From the IMG/VR virus record IMGVR_UViG_3300028533_000484, positions 76,447 through 140,446 of that record: a stretch of 64,000 nt of DNA; one strand, given 5' to 3'. The position numbers and the translations under genes were made by a program. This document shows positions 55,468-64,000 of this stretch, piece by piece (the first letter of the stretch is position 1; each line of letters starts with the position of its first letter). Source of the DNA: a virus. Lineage: Duplodnaviria > Caudoviricetes. The notes below the pieces were generated by a model. The model was not told where the DNA came from, ran no database searches, and saw nothing but the letters and a program-made list of their open reading frames with translations.

Positions 55468-56355
55468 TTATTCCACAGAATCAAAATCAAATACTGAATG
55501 ATATTTTGTATTTGCAATTTTTCGGAAAATTCGTACATTTTCCTTAATTCGGTATTTTTGAACTTCTGTCAGTTCATCTTCAAGATGATCGCAAAGTTTC
55601 ATACTTGGCTTTTCTTTGTTACCTAAATTTTCATCATAAGCAATAGCATTCAAACCACAAATAACAGGATTTGAAGTATCTAAAGTTTCAATTGAAATTC
55701 TGTGATATAGGGGAGTAGCAAACTCTCTCATATAACCGCAACCAAGCAAATGATGCGGTTTGTTGTTGTTCCAAATCTTTTCTGCAACAAGATGTGCAAT
55801 AAATCTTGGTCTTCCTTCCAACCACAACTGAAGATTTCTAGGAGTAACTTTTGTGCTTACTTCTGCATCCTCAATAATATCTGGACAAATATCTGCATAT
55901 GCAACTGAATTAAACGTAATTGCAATTTTTGCAACATGTTCATTTTCAGACATGTATTTATAACATTCTGCAAATTCTTTTAAGTTCTTTCCTTGAATGC
56001 TGCCTATAATCTTTGAGTCTGTTTTTACTTTTGGTAAGTAATTCTTAATCCAATCCTCCATTGAAGCAATGGTTTTATCCTTATCATCTAAGAAATCAGG
56101 AACAACATACCAAGTTGGATTCAACTCATTAATTGACTTTACAAACTCTTCGGGATCGAAAGGTGTCTCCAATTCGAATACAGAGTTATCTAGCAATACT
56201 TTTCTACCCTTTGCAATTGCATCTAAAAAGTACTGTTTATATGTAGGATTTGTTTTTGTTAAATGAACAAGACAGTAATCATAATCCGTCATGTTCTGCA
56301 TCTCTGGCATAAATGCTAGAGGTGTCTCGTGATTAATACCAATTTCGTGAAACAC
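55468..56355 (-). CDS. TGT/DpdA-like TIM-barrel protein
   Basis: LLDNSVFE, VPD, IQG, HLLG, DTS, the pattern of transglycosylase-fold proteins. Confidence 0.55.
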   Translation of the reverse strand: MFHEIGINHETPLAFMPEMQNMTDYDYCLVHLTKTNPTYKQYFLDAIAKGRKVLLDNSVFELETPFDPEEFVKSINELNPTWYVVPDFLDDKDKTIASMEDWIKNYLPKVKTDSKIIGSIQGKNLKEFAECYKYMSENEHVAKIAITFNSVAYADICPDIIEDAEVSTKVTPRNLQLWLEGRPRFIAHLVAEKIWNNNKPHHLLGCGYMREFATPLYHRISIETLDTSNPVICGLNAIAYDENLGNKEKPSMKLCDHLEDELTEVQKYRIKENVRIFRKIANTKYHSVFDFDSVE

Positions 56356-56357
56356 AT

Positions 56358-57704
56358 TTACTCCTTAATTTTAAAATCTTCATTGTTATTATAGTAACAG
56401 TAAATCTTTTCAAGTGGATCTGTTGGGAAAGTCTCATCTATATCTAAAGCATTTGTCCAATCGTAAGTGTTGTACATATTATGCTTTCTTTCACCAACAA
56501 CTTCAAGTTTCAATTGAGTTGCTAGCATGAAAAGTTTATTTTTAAAACTCTGTTTTACTTTCCAATTGAAAACATCGCCACTTACTTGTTCAATTGATTT
56601 TACCAAATCATTGATATTTGAAATGTTTGTTCCCTGATTTTCGAGAGCTCTTTTTAACTGATACAACAATCCATAGTCGAAGGATGTTTCCTTATATCTT
56701 TGTTCAGGAATATTATATTTGTTACAGTAATAGAAAAGATTCAACCAGCCTTCTGTTGTCCACTCTACAACTTCATTATAACTGTTTCCGTAGATATCGC
56801 CTTCAACTCCTGGAATATTCCATTTACCAAAGTTCTGTTCAAGTTTGAAGTTTTCATCAACCATACGAACAGAATATCTACGAGAGTTAACATCTGTTGG
56901 TAAAAAGTTTGTTCCAACTAAAATGTTTGCTACAGATCTAGCACTCCATTCCTTGATATATTTACCCTTAATTGTGACTGTCGATTTGTCAAGAATTTTA
57001 TTCAATGAGTCTAAGTCTAATTTTTCAAAATGACTCTCATCATCAATACAGATTTCATTGTTTACAAATACATCCTGTACACCATCTTGGACTGTTGGTA
57101 AGTGACACATTGCACATCCAAATCCCATCATTTCAGTAGCTTTTCTTAAACCGGTTTGTACTGTAGATTTACCTTGGCCACCTAACATCAATGCACTATC
57201 TACAAGCATATTGTTTCTTGTATCTAGAAGAATGTTTTTTGCAAATGCTACAAGACAATTTGTTGATTTTGCCAAGTTGTTATAATTTGGAATCAGATAA
57301 AACGATAACCTGTAAAGGGCTTCACCTAACGAAATTGTAGGTTTAAAGTTCAATAGGAATTCTTTGACTTTTTGCATTCTATCAGAATGAGATGAAGCTG
57401 CATACAATTCTTTATAAATTGCCTGTGCTTCTTTAATCATTGCTTCTGTAAAATATGCATTGTAAAGAGGTACTTCTTGTACAGTCCTTTTTCCTGATCT
57501 TGTCGTATTGTCCTGAGTTCTTTTTGGAACATTAGCTGCAATCAAGTCCATCATATTCGCAGCGTGTTGCTTTTGCTCATGCTCATCATCTCTATTTTTA
57601 CAAAGACTTAGAACACCTTTAGCTACGGACTCTGGAGCTAACATTCGGAATTGATTTTGTGATTCAAAAGCAACTCGGATATTGTCGAAACTTTCTGTGT
57701 TCAT
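56358..57704 (-). CDS. SF3/VirE-like P-loop helicase (primase-associated type)
   Basis: GGQGKST Walker A, ICIDDE Walker B, VGTN, SRRY. Confidence 0.7.
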   Translation of the reverse strand: MNTESFDNIRVAFESQNQFRMLAPESVAKGVLSLCKNRDDEHEQKQHAANMMDLIAANVPKRTQDNTTRSGKRTVQEVPLYNAYFTEAMIKEAQAIYKELYAASSHSDRMQKVKEFLLNFKPTISLGEALYRLSFYLIPNYNNLAKSTNCLVAFAKNILLDTRNNMLVDSALMLGGQGKSTVQTGLRKATEMMGFGCAMCHLPTVQDGVQDVFVNNEICIDDESHFEKLDLDSLNKILDKSTVTIKGKYIKEWSARSVANILVGTNFLPTDVNSRRYSVRMVDENFKLEQNFGKWNIPGVEGDIYGNSYNEVVEWTTEGWLNLFYYCNKYNIPEQRYKETSFDYGLLYQLKRALENQGTNISNINDLVKSIEQVSGDVFNWKVKQSFKNKLFMLATQLKLEVVGERKHNMYNTYDWTNALDIDETFPTDPLEKIYCYYNNNEDFKIKE

Positions 57705-57770
57705 ACTACTCCCTAAAAAAAAATATTTTTTACGTTAGTAGTATAGCTGAAGTTTTTTAAAGTTTGCTAT

Positions 57771-58190
57771 TTAAAAACTAAATCCAAAAGGTGTAAATTT
57801 TTTCTGTTGATTAGCCTTTATAAACTGTACAGCTGTATCGAGATTAGGTGTAATAGCTAGTTTTTCAAAATCTACTTTCGATCTTACAGGTCTAAAATCG
57901 TACTTATCCGTATAAACATATGAACCTTTATTCAACTCTCTTAATAAAGCTGTAGAATTTACTCCCGGAAACAGGTCTGGAATCAATCTTGCAAACTCAA
58001 GACTGTCAATAGTTACTTGAATTTCGGGATCACAGTTTATGTAGATCGTTACACCGTTTTTAAGGTTATTAAATATAATATAATCTTCACCTGTAAGCAA
58101 TCCCGATTGCTCGTCTTCGCTTAAATCTCCAATTACTTTTTCTTGCATAACAAAATTTAGTTCCGGTAATGGAAAAAAGCTAACTTTCAA
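57771..58190 (-). CDS. Hypothetical protein
   Basis: 139 aa ORF. Confidence 0.6.
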   Translation of the reverse strand: MKVSFFPLPELNFVMQEKVIGDLSEDEQSGLLTGEDYIIFNNLKNGVTIYINCDPEIQVTIDSLEFARLIPDLFPGVNSTALLRELNKGSYVYTDKYDFRPVRSKVDFEKLAITPNLDTAVQFIKANQQKKFTPFGFSF

Positions 58191-58225
58191 TGTTTCTAAT
58201 CTTTCATGTTAAACTAATTTGAAGT

Positions 58226-58543
58226 ATGAAGTCGAGATATGATTATATGAGAGCATCTACTGTTGAAGATATTGACGGTCAACAGTATCCAGATCCATTA
58301 ACAATAAACTATCAAATTGCAATTGATAAGTACGGTACATTACCTGGCATTCACGAACTTAGTTTAACAGATTTGAAAAAACTATGGGTAACATACTACA
58401 AAGCTACGGATGAATTGGAAATGGACGATGTGCTCTATTCAATAAACGGTATCGAACATGTTGGTCTGTTGGAACCTGGAGATCAAATCTATCTTTACGA
58501 TCCTAATCTTGTTGAAAAGTTCAGTTTTAAAGACTTAAATTAA
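58226..58543 (+). CDS. Baseplate wedge gp53-like / LysM-like protein
   Basis: MKSRY...YY...DVLYSINGI...LEPGDQIYL; late promoter. Confidence 0.7.
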   Translation: MKSRYDYMRASTVEDIDGQQYPDPLTINYQIAIDKYGTLPGIHELSLTDLKKLWVTYYKATDELEMDDVLYSINGIEHVGLLEPGDQIYLYDPNLVEKFSFKDLN

Positions 58544-59824
58544 TCGTATAGCATGAGAAGCTCTGACATTATCGTTACCTGGAGTAATGTGCAAATCTCT
58601 ATTACTTTTTCTTTTCCAATCTAGCTCGTCTTGACCTTCTGTATAATCTACAACGGTTCCGAAAATATCATTCGCAACTGCCTTAGTAAATACTAAAATA
58701 CCTTTGTGATTACTTTTACCGTTTTTAGTATTTGACATGTAAATTCTACCTCTAATAATAGTATCTAGTACAATGAATTCCTCAACTGCATCTATTCCAG
58801 GATTACGAACAACTCTACCGAGCTCCTTACACTTATCCATTGTAAATAATTCTTCTGCTTCTACGACTACATTCTGATAGATACGTAGATACATTCTACG
58901 GAACATTTCTGTTAAAATATTTTCAGCGTTAAGATTGAGATTTACATCATCGATTGCTGTACGATTTAATAATCTTATGATTGTTTCGAGATTTGTACGA
59001 AAAACTGTGAACCAAAAACTCTGAATAGATTTTCTACTAAAAGGATTTCCAGAATCAAAACTAATAACAAAATCTTTCTGTATTTCAGTTAATTGTCTTG
59101 CTACTTGTACGAAACCTTTTTCGGCCCAATACTCGATACTAGTAAAGGCAGAAGCACTATGACCAGTAATACGCTCTATTTCACTAGCAATTGCTTCCAT
59201 TAAACATTCGAAAATAGCTGACATTGTGATTCTCGTTGGTCTGATTCCCGAACCGTCTAATCTTCCACCATCAGCTTTCATTTCAACTGTTACGTTGGAT
59301 CCTTTGATAACTAAATCAACTTTACTATCGTTATCTGTATGACTTGCGAGCTTTGCATCTGAAAGAAGTACAGCAAAGGCTAATTCACCTTTTCCAATTG
59401 TATTTCCTCCACCAAAATGTAAACCTAATTTATACAAGTCCATTAAAAAGTTAAATGTATTTTCCGAGAAACCTAAACTAGAAAGTCTAAAGCTATCTCT
59501 AAAAAATTGCAAAGATTCTACATTTTTAGATTTTATTTCAGCCAGAATGTCTTTGCAAATTGCAGCATATTTTGACATTTTTAAGAGCTCTGTTACTTCT
59601 TCGATGAACTTTTTTCTAATTTTTGAATTTTTTACAGAAAATGCTCGATTTGCAAGAGCTTCTGCAACCTTCTCTACATCTGTAGATTTTGAAAGTGGTA
59701 ACTCGTCATCATCTAGAACAGGATTCAATAAATCAGCTAAAGCTGTACGAATCTGAGGTTCATGAGCTTGTATTAATTTTATCTCATCATCTGAGAAATC
59801 TTCTCTTAAAAACGTTCTTGCCAT
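58535..59824 (-). CDS. Putative virion-associated PD-(D/E)XK-like nuclease
   Basis: GKGE...DLVIKG...VEMK; N-terminal FLRE. Confidence 0.5.
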   Translation of the reverse strand: MARTFLREDFSDDEIKLIQAHEPQIRTALADLLNPVLDDDELPLSKSTDVEKVAEALANRAFSVKNSKIRKKFIEEVTELLKMSKYAAICKDILAEIKSKNVESLQFFRDSFRLSSLGFSENTFNFLMDLYKLGLHFGGGNTIGKGELAFAVLLSDAKLASHTDNDSKVDLVIKGSNVTVEMKADGGRLDGSGIRPTRITMSAIFECLMEAIASEIERITGHSASAFTSIEYWAEKGFVQVARQLTEIQKDFVISFDSGNPFSRKSIQSFWFTVFRTNLETIIRLLNRTAIDDVNLNLNAENILTEMFRRMYLRIYQNVVVEAEELFTMDKCKELGRVVRNPGIDAVEEFIVLDTIIRGRIYMSNTKNGKSNHKGILVFTKAVANDIFGTVVDYTEGQDELDWKRKSNRDLHITPGNDNVRASHAIRLI

Positions 59825-60486
59825 TACTTTTCTCCAACACCTTGAACAACATCAAGAGGACCTTTACAAAGTAGTTTTAAGATCCGGTCTTCATATATAT
59901 CTAAGTCTAATAAAATCTGAGCAATATGTTTAGTAACTCTTAGTTTGCCATTGGTCAAGTTTCCTGAGTCTTGATGTATTTTTCTCCAACGACCTGTGCC
60001 TCTTTTACCTTTGAAGGGTTTGATTGCAGCTCTTTGATTAGATAAGTCTTCCCAGAAGCCCTGCCAGTAAAATGAAGGATCGTTTGAGTAAAATCTCAAA
60101 TCACAATTATCAACAGCTTCTTCCCAGAACTTTTTTACATCTTTTTTTCCTAAAAGATATACCTCATGTAATGGAATTTCTTCCAATTCACCTTCTTTTT
60201 CTGGTTGATATTTTTCTAAGAATTTATATGCTTTGTTAAATTGAATCTGTACATCGTAAATTTGTGTAGGTCTTAAGTTACCTACGCGAGATGATTTTTT
60301 ACCATCACTAAACGTTGGTCTTACAGAGAAGTATAATCTTAAACTTTGATCTTTTACAGAAATAATTTTTCTAAGACTGTAGGTATAATCCTTAGTCAAT
60401 CTTATTTCGTAATGCTTCTTAGTTAAGTTTGAGTAACCATTGTTTAAAAAATAATTAAGTTTATGTTCGTTAAGATTTTCCTTCAT
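59824..60486 (-). CDS. Late protein with a degenerate SWIM-like motif
   Basis: FYSNDPSFYWQG...VTKHIAQIL; ACTAATT upstream. Confidence 0.55.
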   Translation of the reverse strand: MKENLNEHKLNYFLNNGYSNLTKKHYEIRLTKDYTYSLRKIISVKDQSLRLYFSVRPTFSDGKKSSRVGNLRPTQIYDVQIQFNKAYKFLEKYQPEKEGELEEIPLHEVYLLGKKDVKKFWEEAVDNCDLRFYSNDPSFYWQGFWEDLSNQRAAIKPFKGKRGTGRWRKIHQDSGNLTNGKLRVTKHIAQILLDLDIYEDRILKLLCKGPLDVVQGVGEK

Positions 60487-60503
60487 AATAAATAAAATTA
60501 GTT

Positions 60504-60533
60504 AAAAAAGGAACTGAGATGACTCTCAGTTCC
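60504..60533 (-). terminator. Intrinsic terminator
   Basis: AGGAACTGAG-ATGA-CTCTCAGTTCCT hairpin with an A-run. Confidence 0.7.
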
Positions 60534-60627
60534 TATATATTTGTAAGATCTTTTTTAGGAAATCTTTCCCAGGAGTAACTGCCGGATATTTTGTTGCGAG
60601 CAGCTCTTTACTAAAGATCTATTGGCT

Positions 60628-61974
60628 CTAGTAATTACTGTTCTCGTAGACTTCTCTACCGACTTTTTTCAATTTACTGATAAATTTTTCGGCTATATGC
60701 TCTATAGCGTCTATATCACGTACATCTCTGTCTTCAATGTAACCTGTTCCTGAATTCCAGTTGCAATATCCAGTATTTGGAATGTCAAGATAAAGAATTG
60801 GTTTATTGAAGTTTGGATTTTCAGAATATCCAGCTTCATCGTCAGAAGGATAAACATCAGACTTATCTATTGTTAAACATGTTGTAAAGAGTACTTCTGC
60901 ACCTTCATAACCTTCGATTTTCCAATATTTTGTATCCTCAACTTCAGTAAGAAGTTCAGCTTTTGTATCTTTTACAATTGTGTCCAATACTCTTTGAAGT
61001 TTTTTATCTACAGGTGAATTATTTAAAACATTTAACCTTTTAGTAGGTTTTAGATCAACATAAGCATAATAATTACTATCGTAATATTTACAGTTGCTAA
61101 AACCTATATCTGTAATTTCAAAACCTAACGATTCGCAAACACTTTCAATAGATGTTTTAAAAAGTTTTTGAAGCTGTTTTGCAATTCTATCTTTGTATGT
61201 CCAAATTTGTTCTAAATGATTTGCTCTACACCAATCCTTGAGGAAGTTGTATCCGTCTGTATCACTTGTTGCAAATATAATCCTGTAATCTTTAATAGCA
61301 TTTCTTCTACCATAACCGGTTACATTGAGGTACAAACTCTTTGGTTCGTCAGATTTAGCTTTTTTATCTGCGACTACATAACCATATTTGTTAAAATATG
61401 TGTTTCCTACCTCTTTAAGAGCCTCTACAATTTTTAAAAGATCATCAACATCTTCATTTTGTATAAAATACCAACCACAATCTTTTTCATACTGCTTTAA
61501 CAAAGCTGAAGGTTCTTCGGATTCTTTTAGAGACTTTCTAGTACGACTTTCCTTAAAAAGCGTATTCTTAATGCACTTTTTAGCTTGATCACCATACTTA
61601 TCTGTCATTTTTTTGTTTAAAGCTTTATTCGAATATCCTGTATTTGACTCTGGTCTAGTTCTAAAGGATTCAATCTCTTTTTCGAAAGCTTCTGCTTCAT
61701 AATCAGGCCAGATAAATGATTGATCTCCTGTCCAAGGTTCTTTAATACCTTTTACAACTCTATAATTTCTCTTTTTAGGATACTGACTATCTAATTCATC
61801 CTCATCAAGATCATTTAAAGTATTTTTCTTTTTTCTCATATACTTTACGTTATTTTCTTTTAAGGATTTTCCGAGTTTTTCTACATTTTCACCAAAGCTT
61901 TCTACTCTTGAGATGGAATATGAATCTAGTTCCATTGGATCGTTGTAATTCCCATTTAAAATATCTTCTTTCAT
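60628..61974 (-). CDS. Putative internal virion protein
   Basis: ACTAATT plus SD; LKE/LFKES/LKES sites. Confidence 0.7.
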   Translation of the reverse strand: MKEDILNGNYNDPMELDSYSISRVESFGENVEKLGKSLKENNVKYMRKKKNTLNDLDEDELDSQYPKKRNYRVVKGIKEPWTGDQSFIWPDYEAEAFEKEIESFRTRPESNTGYSNKALNKKMTDKYGDQAKKCIKNTLFKESRTRKSLKESEEPSALLKQYEKDCGWYFIQNEDVDDLLKIVEALKEVGNTYFNKYGYVVADKKAKSDEPKSLYLNVTGYGRRNAIKDYRIIFATSDTDGYNFLKDWCRANHLEQIWTYKDRIAKQLQKLFKTSIESVCESLGFEITDIGFSNCKYYDSNYYAYVDLKPTKRLNVLNNSPVDKKLQRVLDTIVKDTKAELLTEVEDTKYWKIEGYEGAEVLFTTCLTIDKSDVYPSDDEAGYSENPNFNKPILYLDIPNTGYCNWNSGTGYIEDRDVRDIDAIEHIAEKFISKLKKVGREVYENSNY

Positions 61975-62118
61975 ACTGACTCCTTAACAATCAAATTAGT
62001 ACTATTATTTTAAATATAAAAAAGCTGACTAATCAAATCAACGATTCTTTCATCAGCTTACGGGAGGTACACCTACTTCCTGATTGCCCAGGTTCGAATT
62101 GTCTTTCGACCGTTTTGA

Positions 62119-62189
62119 CGGCTCCGGATTATTTGACTAACCGACCTTTCACTTAACAGGTGAATGCTCTACAACTGAGCTACGGAACC
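62119..62189 (-). tRNA. Solitary tRNA-Asn(GTT)-like gene with a degenerate T-loop
   Basis: GGTTCCG/CGGAGCC acceptor, TTCAC-CTGTTAA-GTGAA, T arm GGTTA-GTCAAA-TAATC. Confidence 0.65.
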
Positions 62190-62225
62190 ATATATGTTTT
62201 ATACTTTTCAGTATAGTTAAGTGTT

Positions 62226-62474
62226 TTAAGTGGATGCTAAAAATCCAATTTTATTTTCTTGATCTGGCATCCAGAGAACTTTAAAGTCGCCTTTCTTTAC
62301 AGCAGTATCGGGATATTTATTGTACTTTATTCCTTCTTTATCGAGAACTTCAAAAACTGCTGTATCTTCATTTTCACTTACCATGAGAAAAATTTTAGAT
62401 TTGTCTGCAGGAGTTATTTTGTTCTTTTCCAGAAATCTATCAAGCGCTCTTTTAAACTTTCTCGTTCTCATCAC
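62226..62474 (-). CDS. Hypothetical protein
   Basis: CCTATATT promoter upstream. Confidence 0.6.
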   Translation of the reverse strand: MMRTRKFKRALDRFLEKNKITPADKSKIFLMVSENEDTAVFEVLDKEGIKYNKYPDTAVKKGDFKVLWMPDQENKIGFLAST

Positions 62475-62521
62475 TTTTAATATAGGTAAGGTTTCGAAGT
62501 TATCCCGTTAAAGACTTTGAA

Positions 62522-63109
62522 TTACGAAAATAACTCATTTGCTTTTTCACAAGCATCTTCTATATACTTTTCTAAATCAACAGAATTTAAATCCAAGTAT
62601 TTTGGCTCAGGTATTTTCTTTAATTCGGTGATTTTATATTCTGAATATTCTTCGTTGTACAGCTTTATACATGTATTTAAGATTCTACTTAACATTAGGT
62701 AAGCGTAGTATGCTTTTTGAACTCGTTCGATTTGTTTTGTATCCTTTTCATTAAGCATTGTTTGATTGTAAAAATCAACAACATCATTAATGCAGTTGTC
62801 AAGACGTGTAGCAAATGCTCCACTATTATCATCAAGTGGTTTATTTTGACTAGCAGAATGAAATGTTTTCATATACCTTAGTAGCTGCCCATATTGTCTG
62901 ATAAATGCTTTATAGTCAGTTACAGCTTCTTGCAGTACATCTTCAGTTTGTGAACTCAAGGTAAATGGAATCATCAAACACTGTAACGTATCACTTATAT
63001 CCTCGAACAAGTTGACAATCTTTTCAAGGCTTTTTGCTGTCGATCTTTCTTCTTCCTTTTCTATCAGTTCGTTAAATGTATTTGATATTTTTTCATACAA
63101 TTCATCCAT
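62522..63109 (-). CDS. Hypothetical helical protein
   Basis: SD GAGGT, early-type promoter. Confidence 0.7.
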   Translation of the reverse strand: MDELYEKISNTFNELIEKEEERSTAKSLEKIVNLFEDISDTLQCLMIPFTLSSQTEDVLQEAVTDYKAFIRQYGQLLRYMKTFHSASQNKPLDDNSGAFATRLDNCINDVVDFYNQTMLNEKDTKQIERVQKAYYAYLMLSRILNTCIKLYNEEYSEYKITELKKIPEPKYLDLNSVDLEKYIEDACEKANELFS

Positions 63110-63156
63110 AATACATTACCTCACATAATAATATAGGTAACTATCGGTTTTGCTTT

Positions 63157-63678
63157 TCATTTTCTTTCTAATTTATCAACTAACAGTTGCTCTAGGTACT
63201 GCAAACATTGTGCATAATATTGATATAAGCCTTCTAGATAGTCCTCATTATCATTTATACACTGTTGTATTAAAACGATTTCTTGTTGATTATTAAACTT
63301 TCTTACATCTTCTTTAAGAAACTTTAACAAGTCAAGAATCCATTTCTTTTGCTCTTGTATTTGTACATAAACTTGTTGAAGATTTGTTTTACCGTCCCAT
63401 TCACGGCCTTCAAGACCTTGTACAGCTTTTTCAATATCAGGTTGTCTTTTTCTAATTCTTTCGAGTGTTTTTACATCAGCTTCAATATTCTCAACAAACT
63501 TTGATAGAGACTGTGTTGCATTTGATTTAAACTTTAAAGACTCTGTTAGTCTTATATAGGCTCTTGCTTGCATTGACTCAGAAAACATAAGTAATTCACC
63601 TAAGTAATGTCTTGTATTGTCAAGTATATTTTCTAACTGTTCAACAAAAGGATTTAATTTTTTTATATATCTACCCAT
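63157..63678 (-). CDS. Hypothetical coiled-coil protein (true start probably 63678, MGRYIKK)
   Basis: The track's extra MWGRFN lies within the IS right end. Confidence 0.65.
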   Translation of the reverse strand: MGRYIKKLNPFVEQLENILDNTRHYLGELLMFSESMQARAYIRLTESLKFKSNATQSLSKFVENIEADVKTLERIRKRQPDIEKAVQGLEGREWDGKTNLQQVYVQIQEQKKWILDLLKFLKEDVRKFNNQQEIVLIQQCINDNEDYLEGLYQYYAQCLQYLEQLLVDKLERK

Positions 63679-63679
63679 A

Positions 63680-64000
63680 TTGAACCTGCCCCACACTAAA
63701 GATGTGGGACATTCCTACACTACTTTCGCGTGTGTAAGATTGTTTCGTGCATTACCAATTCCTGAGCTTAGGCTCAGTGCAAGATTAGCCAACTCATTAG
63801 TTGACAACACGCGGTGAGTGCCTTTTGACATCCTTTCGGACTTTTCCTCACTTTCCTCAGGTCCCCTGAGTACTTTTATTGCTTCTGCTCTGATGTTCAG
63901 AGCCGCATTTTCATCTCTTTGATGTTCTTGTCCACACTGTGGACAAGTCCACTTCTGTAAGTGGAACTTCTGAACATCTGAATTTTTGAATCCACAACAA
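63680..64000 (-). mobile_element. IS200/IS605 element right end with omegaRNA
   Basis: GTACTCAGG-GGA-CCTGAG; right hairpin CCCACA-TCTTTAG-TGTGGG ending GGTTCAA. Confidence 0.8.
63715..64000 (-). CDS. tnpB: TnpB RNA-guided nuclease, C-terminal part (5' end beyond the window)
   Basis: CCG...[20 protein letters not shown]: Zn finger and RuvC-III. Confidence 0.9.
   Translation of the reverse strand, partial: CCGFKNSDVQKFHLQKWTCPQCGQEHQRDENAALNIRAEAIKVLRGPEESEEKSERMSKGTHRVLSTNELANLALSLSSGIGNARNNLTHAKVV

Noticed and set aside
1-64000. Stop-codon reassignment (TAG/TGA recoding as in some large phages)
   Set aside because: Conserved genes are full length in code 11, TAG and TGA end genes at sensible boundaries, and no canonical CTA/TCA suppressor tRNA was seen.

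Overview
AT-rich 64 kb segment of a large T4-superfamily (myovirus-like, probably jumbo) bacteriophage genome read in the standard genetic code. It has four parts. (1) Virion and assembly genes: a >1564-aa tail/fibre-like ORF running off the left edge and missing from the ORF track, a GroEL-like chaperonin, baseplate wedge gp6- and gp53-like genes, a portal and acidic head proteins. (2) An ~8 kb non-coding island (15.9-24.1 kb) with about 27 tRNA genes covering 18 amino acids, several tRNA-like and unexplained structured RNAs, a probable ROOL RNA plus a partial copy, a homing endonuclease that has split a tRNA-Ser, and a non-autonomous IS200/IS605 element. (3) A block of late-promoter, protease-site-rich putative virion-packaged effectors with four ADP-ribosyltransferase-like domains and a SprT-like protease. 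(4) DNA, nucleotide and proteostasis genes: two-subunit topoisomerase II, RNase H, DsbA-like, dCTP deaminase, two thymidine kinases, a beta-CASP RNase, Hsp20, ClpP, a TGT-like protein, a helicase and a TnpB 3' end. Best candidate for an undescribed system: leader-peptide attenuators placed directly in front of phage tRNA genes (Tyr-rich leader before tRNA-Tyr, a second leader before tRNA-Ile, a Lys-Lys-Lys uORF before three tRNA-Lys), so tRNA supply may be switched on by ribosome stalling. Second candidate: a convergent late-gene/early-gene pair present in three copies that looks like a packaged-effector/immunity module. All calls are by eye, without database searches.
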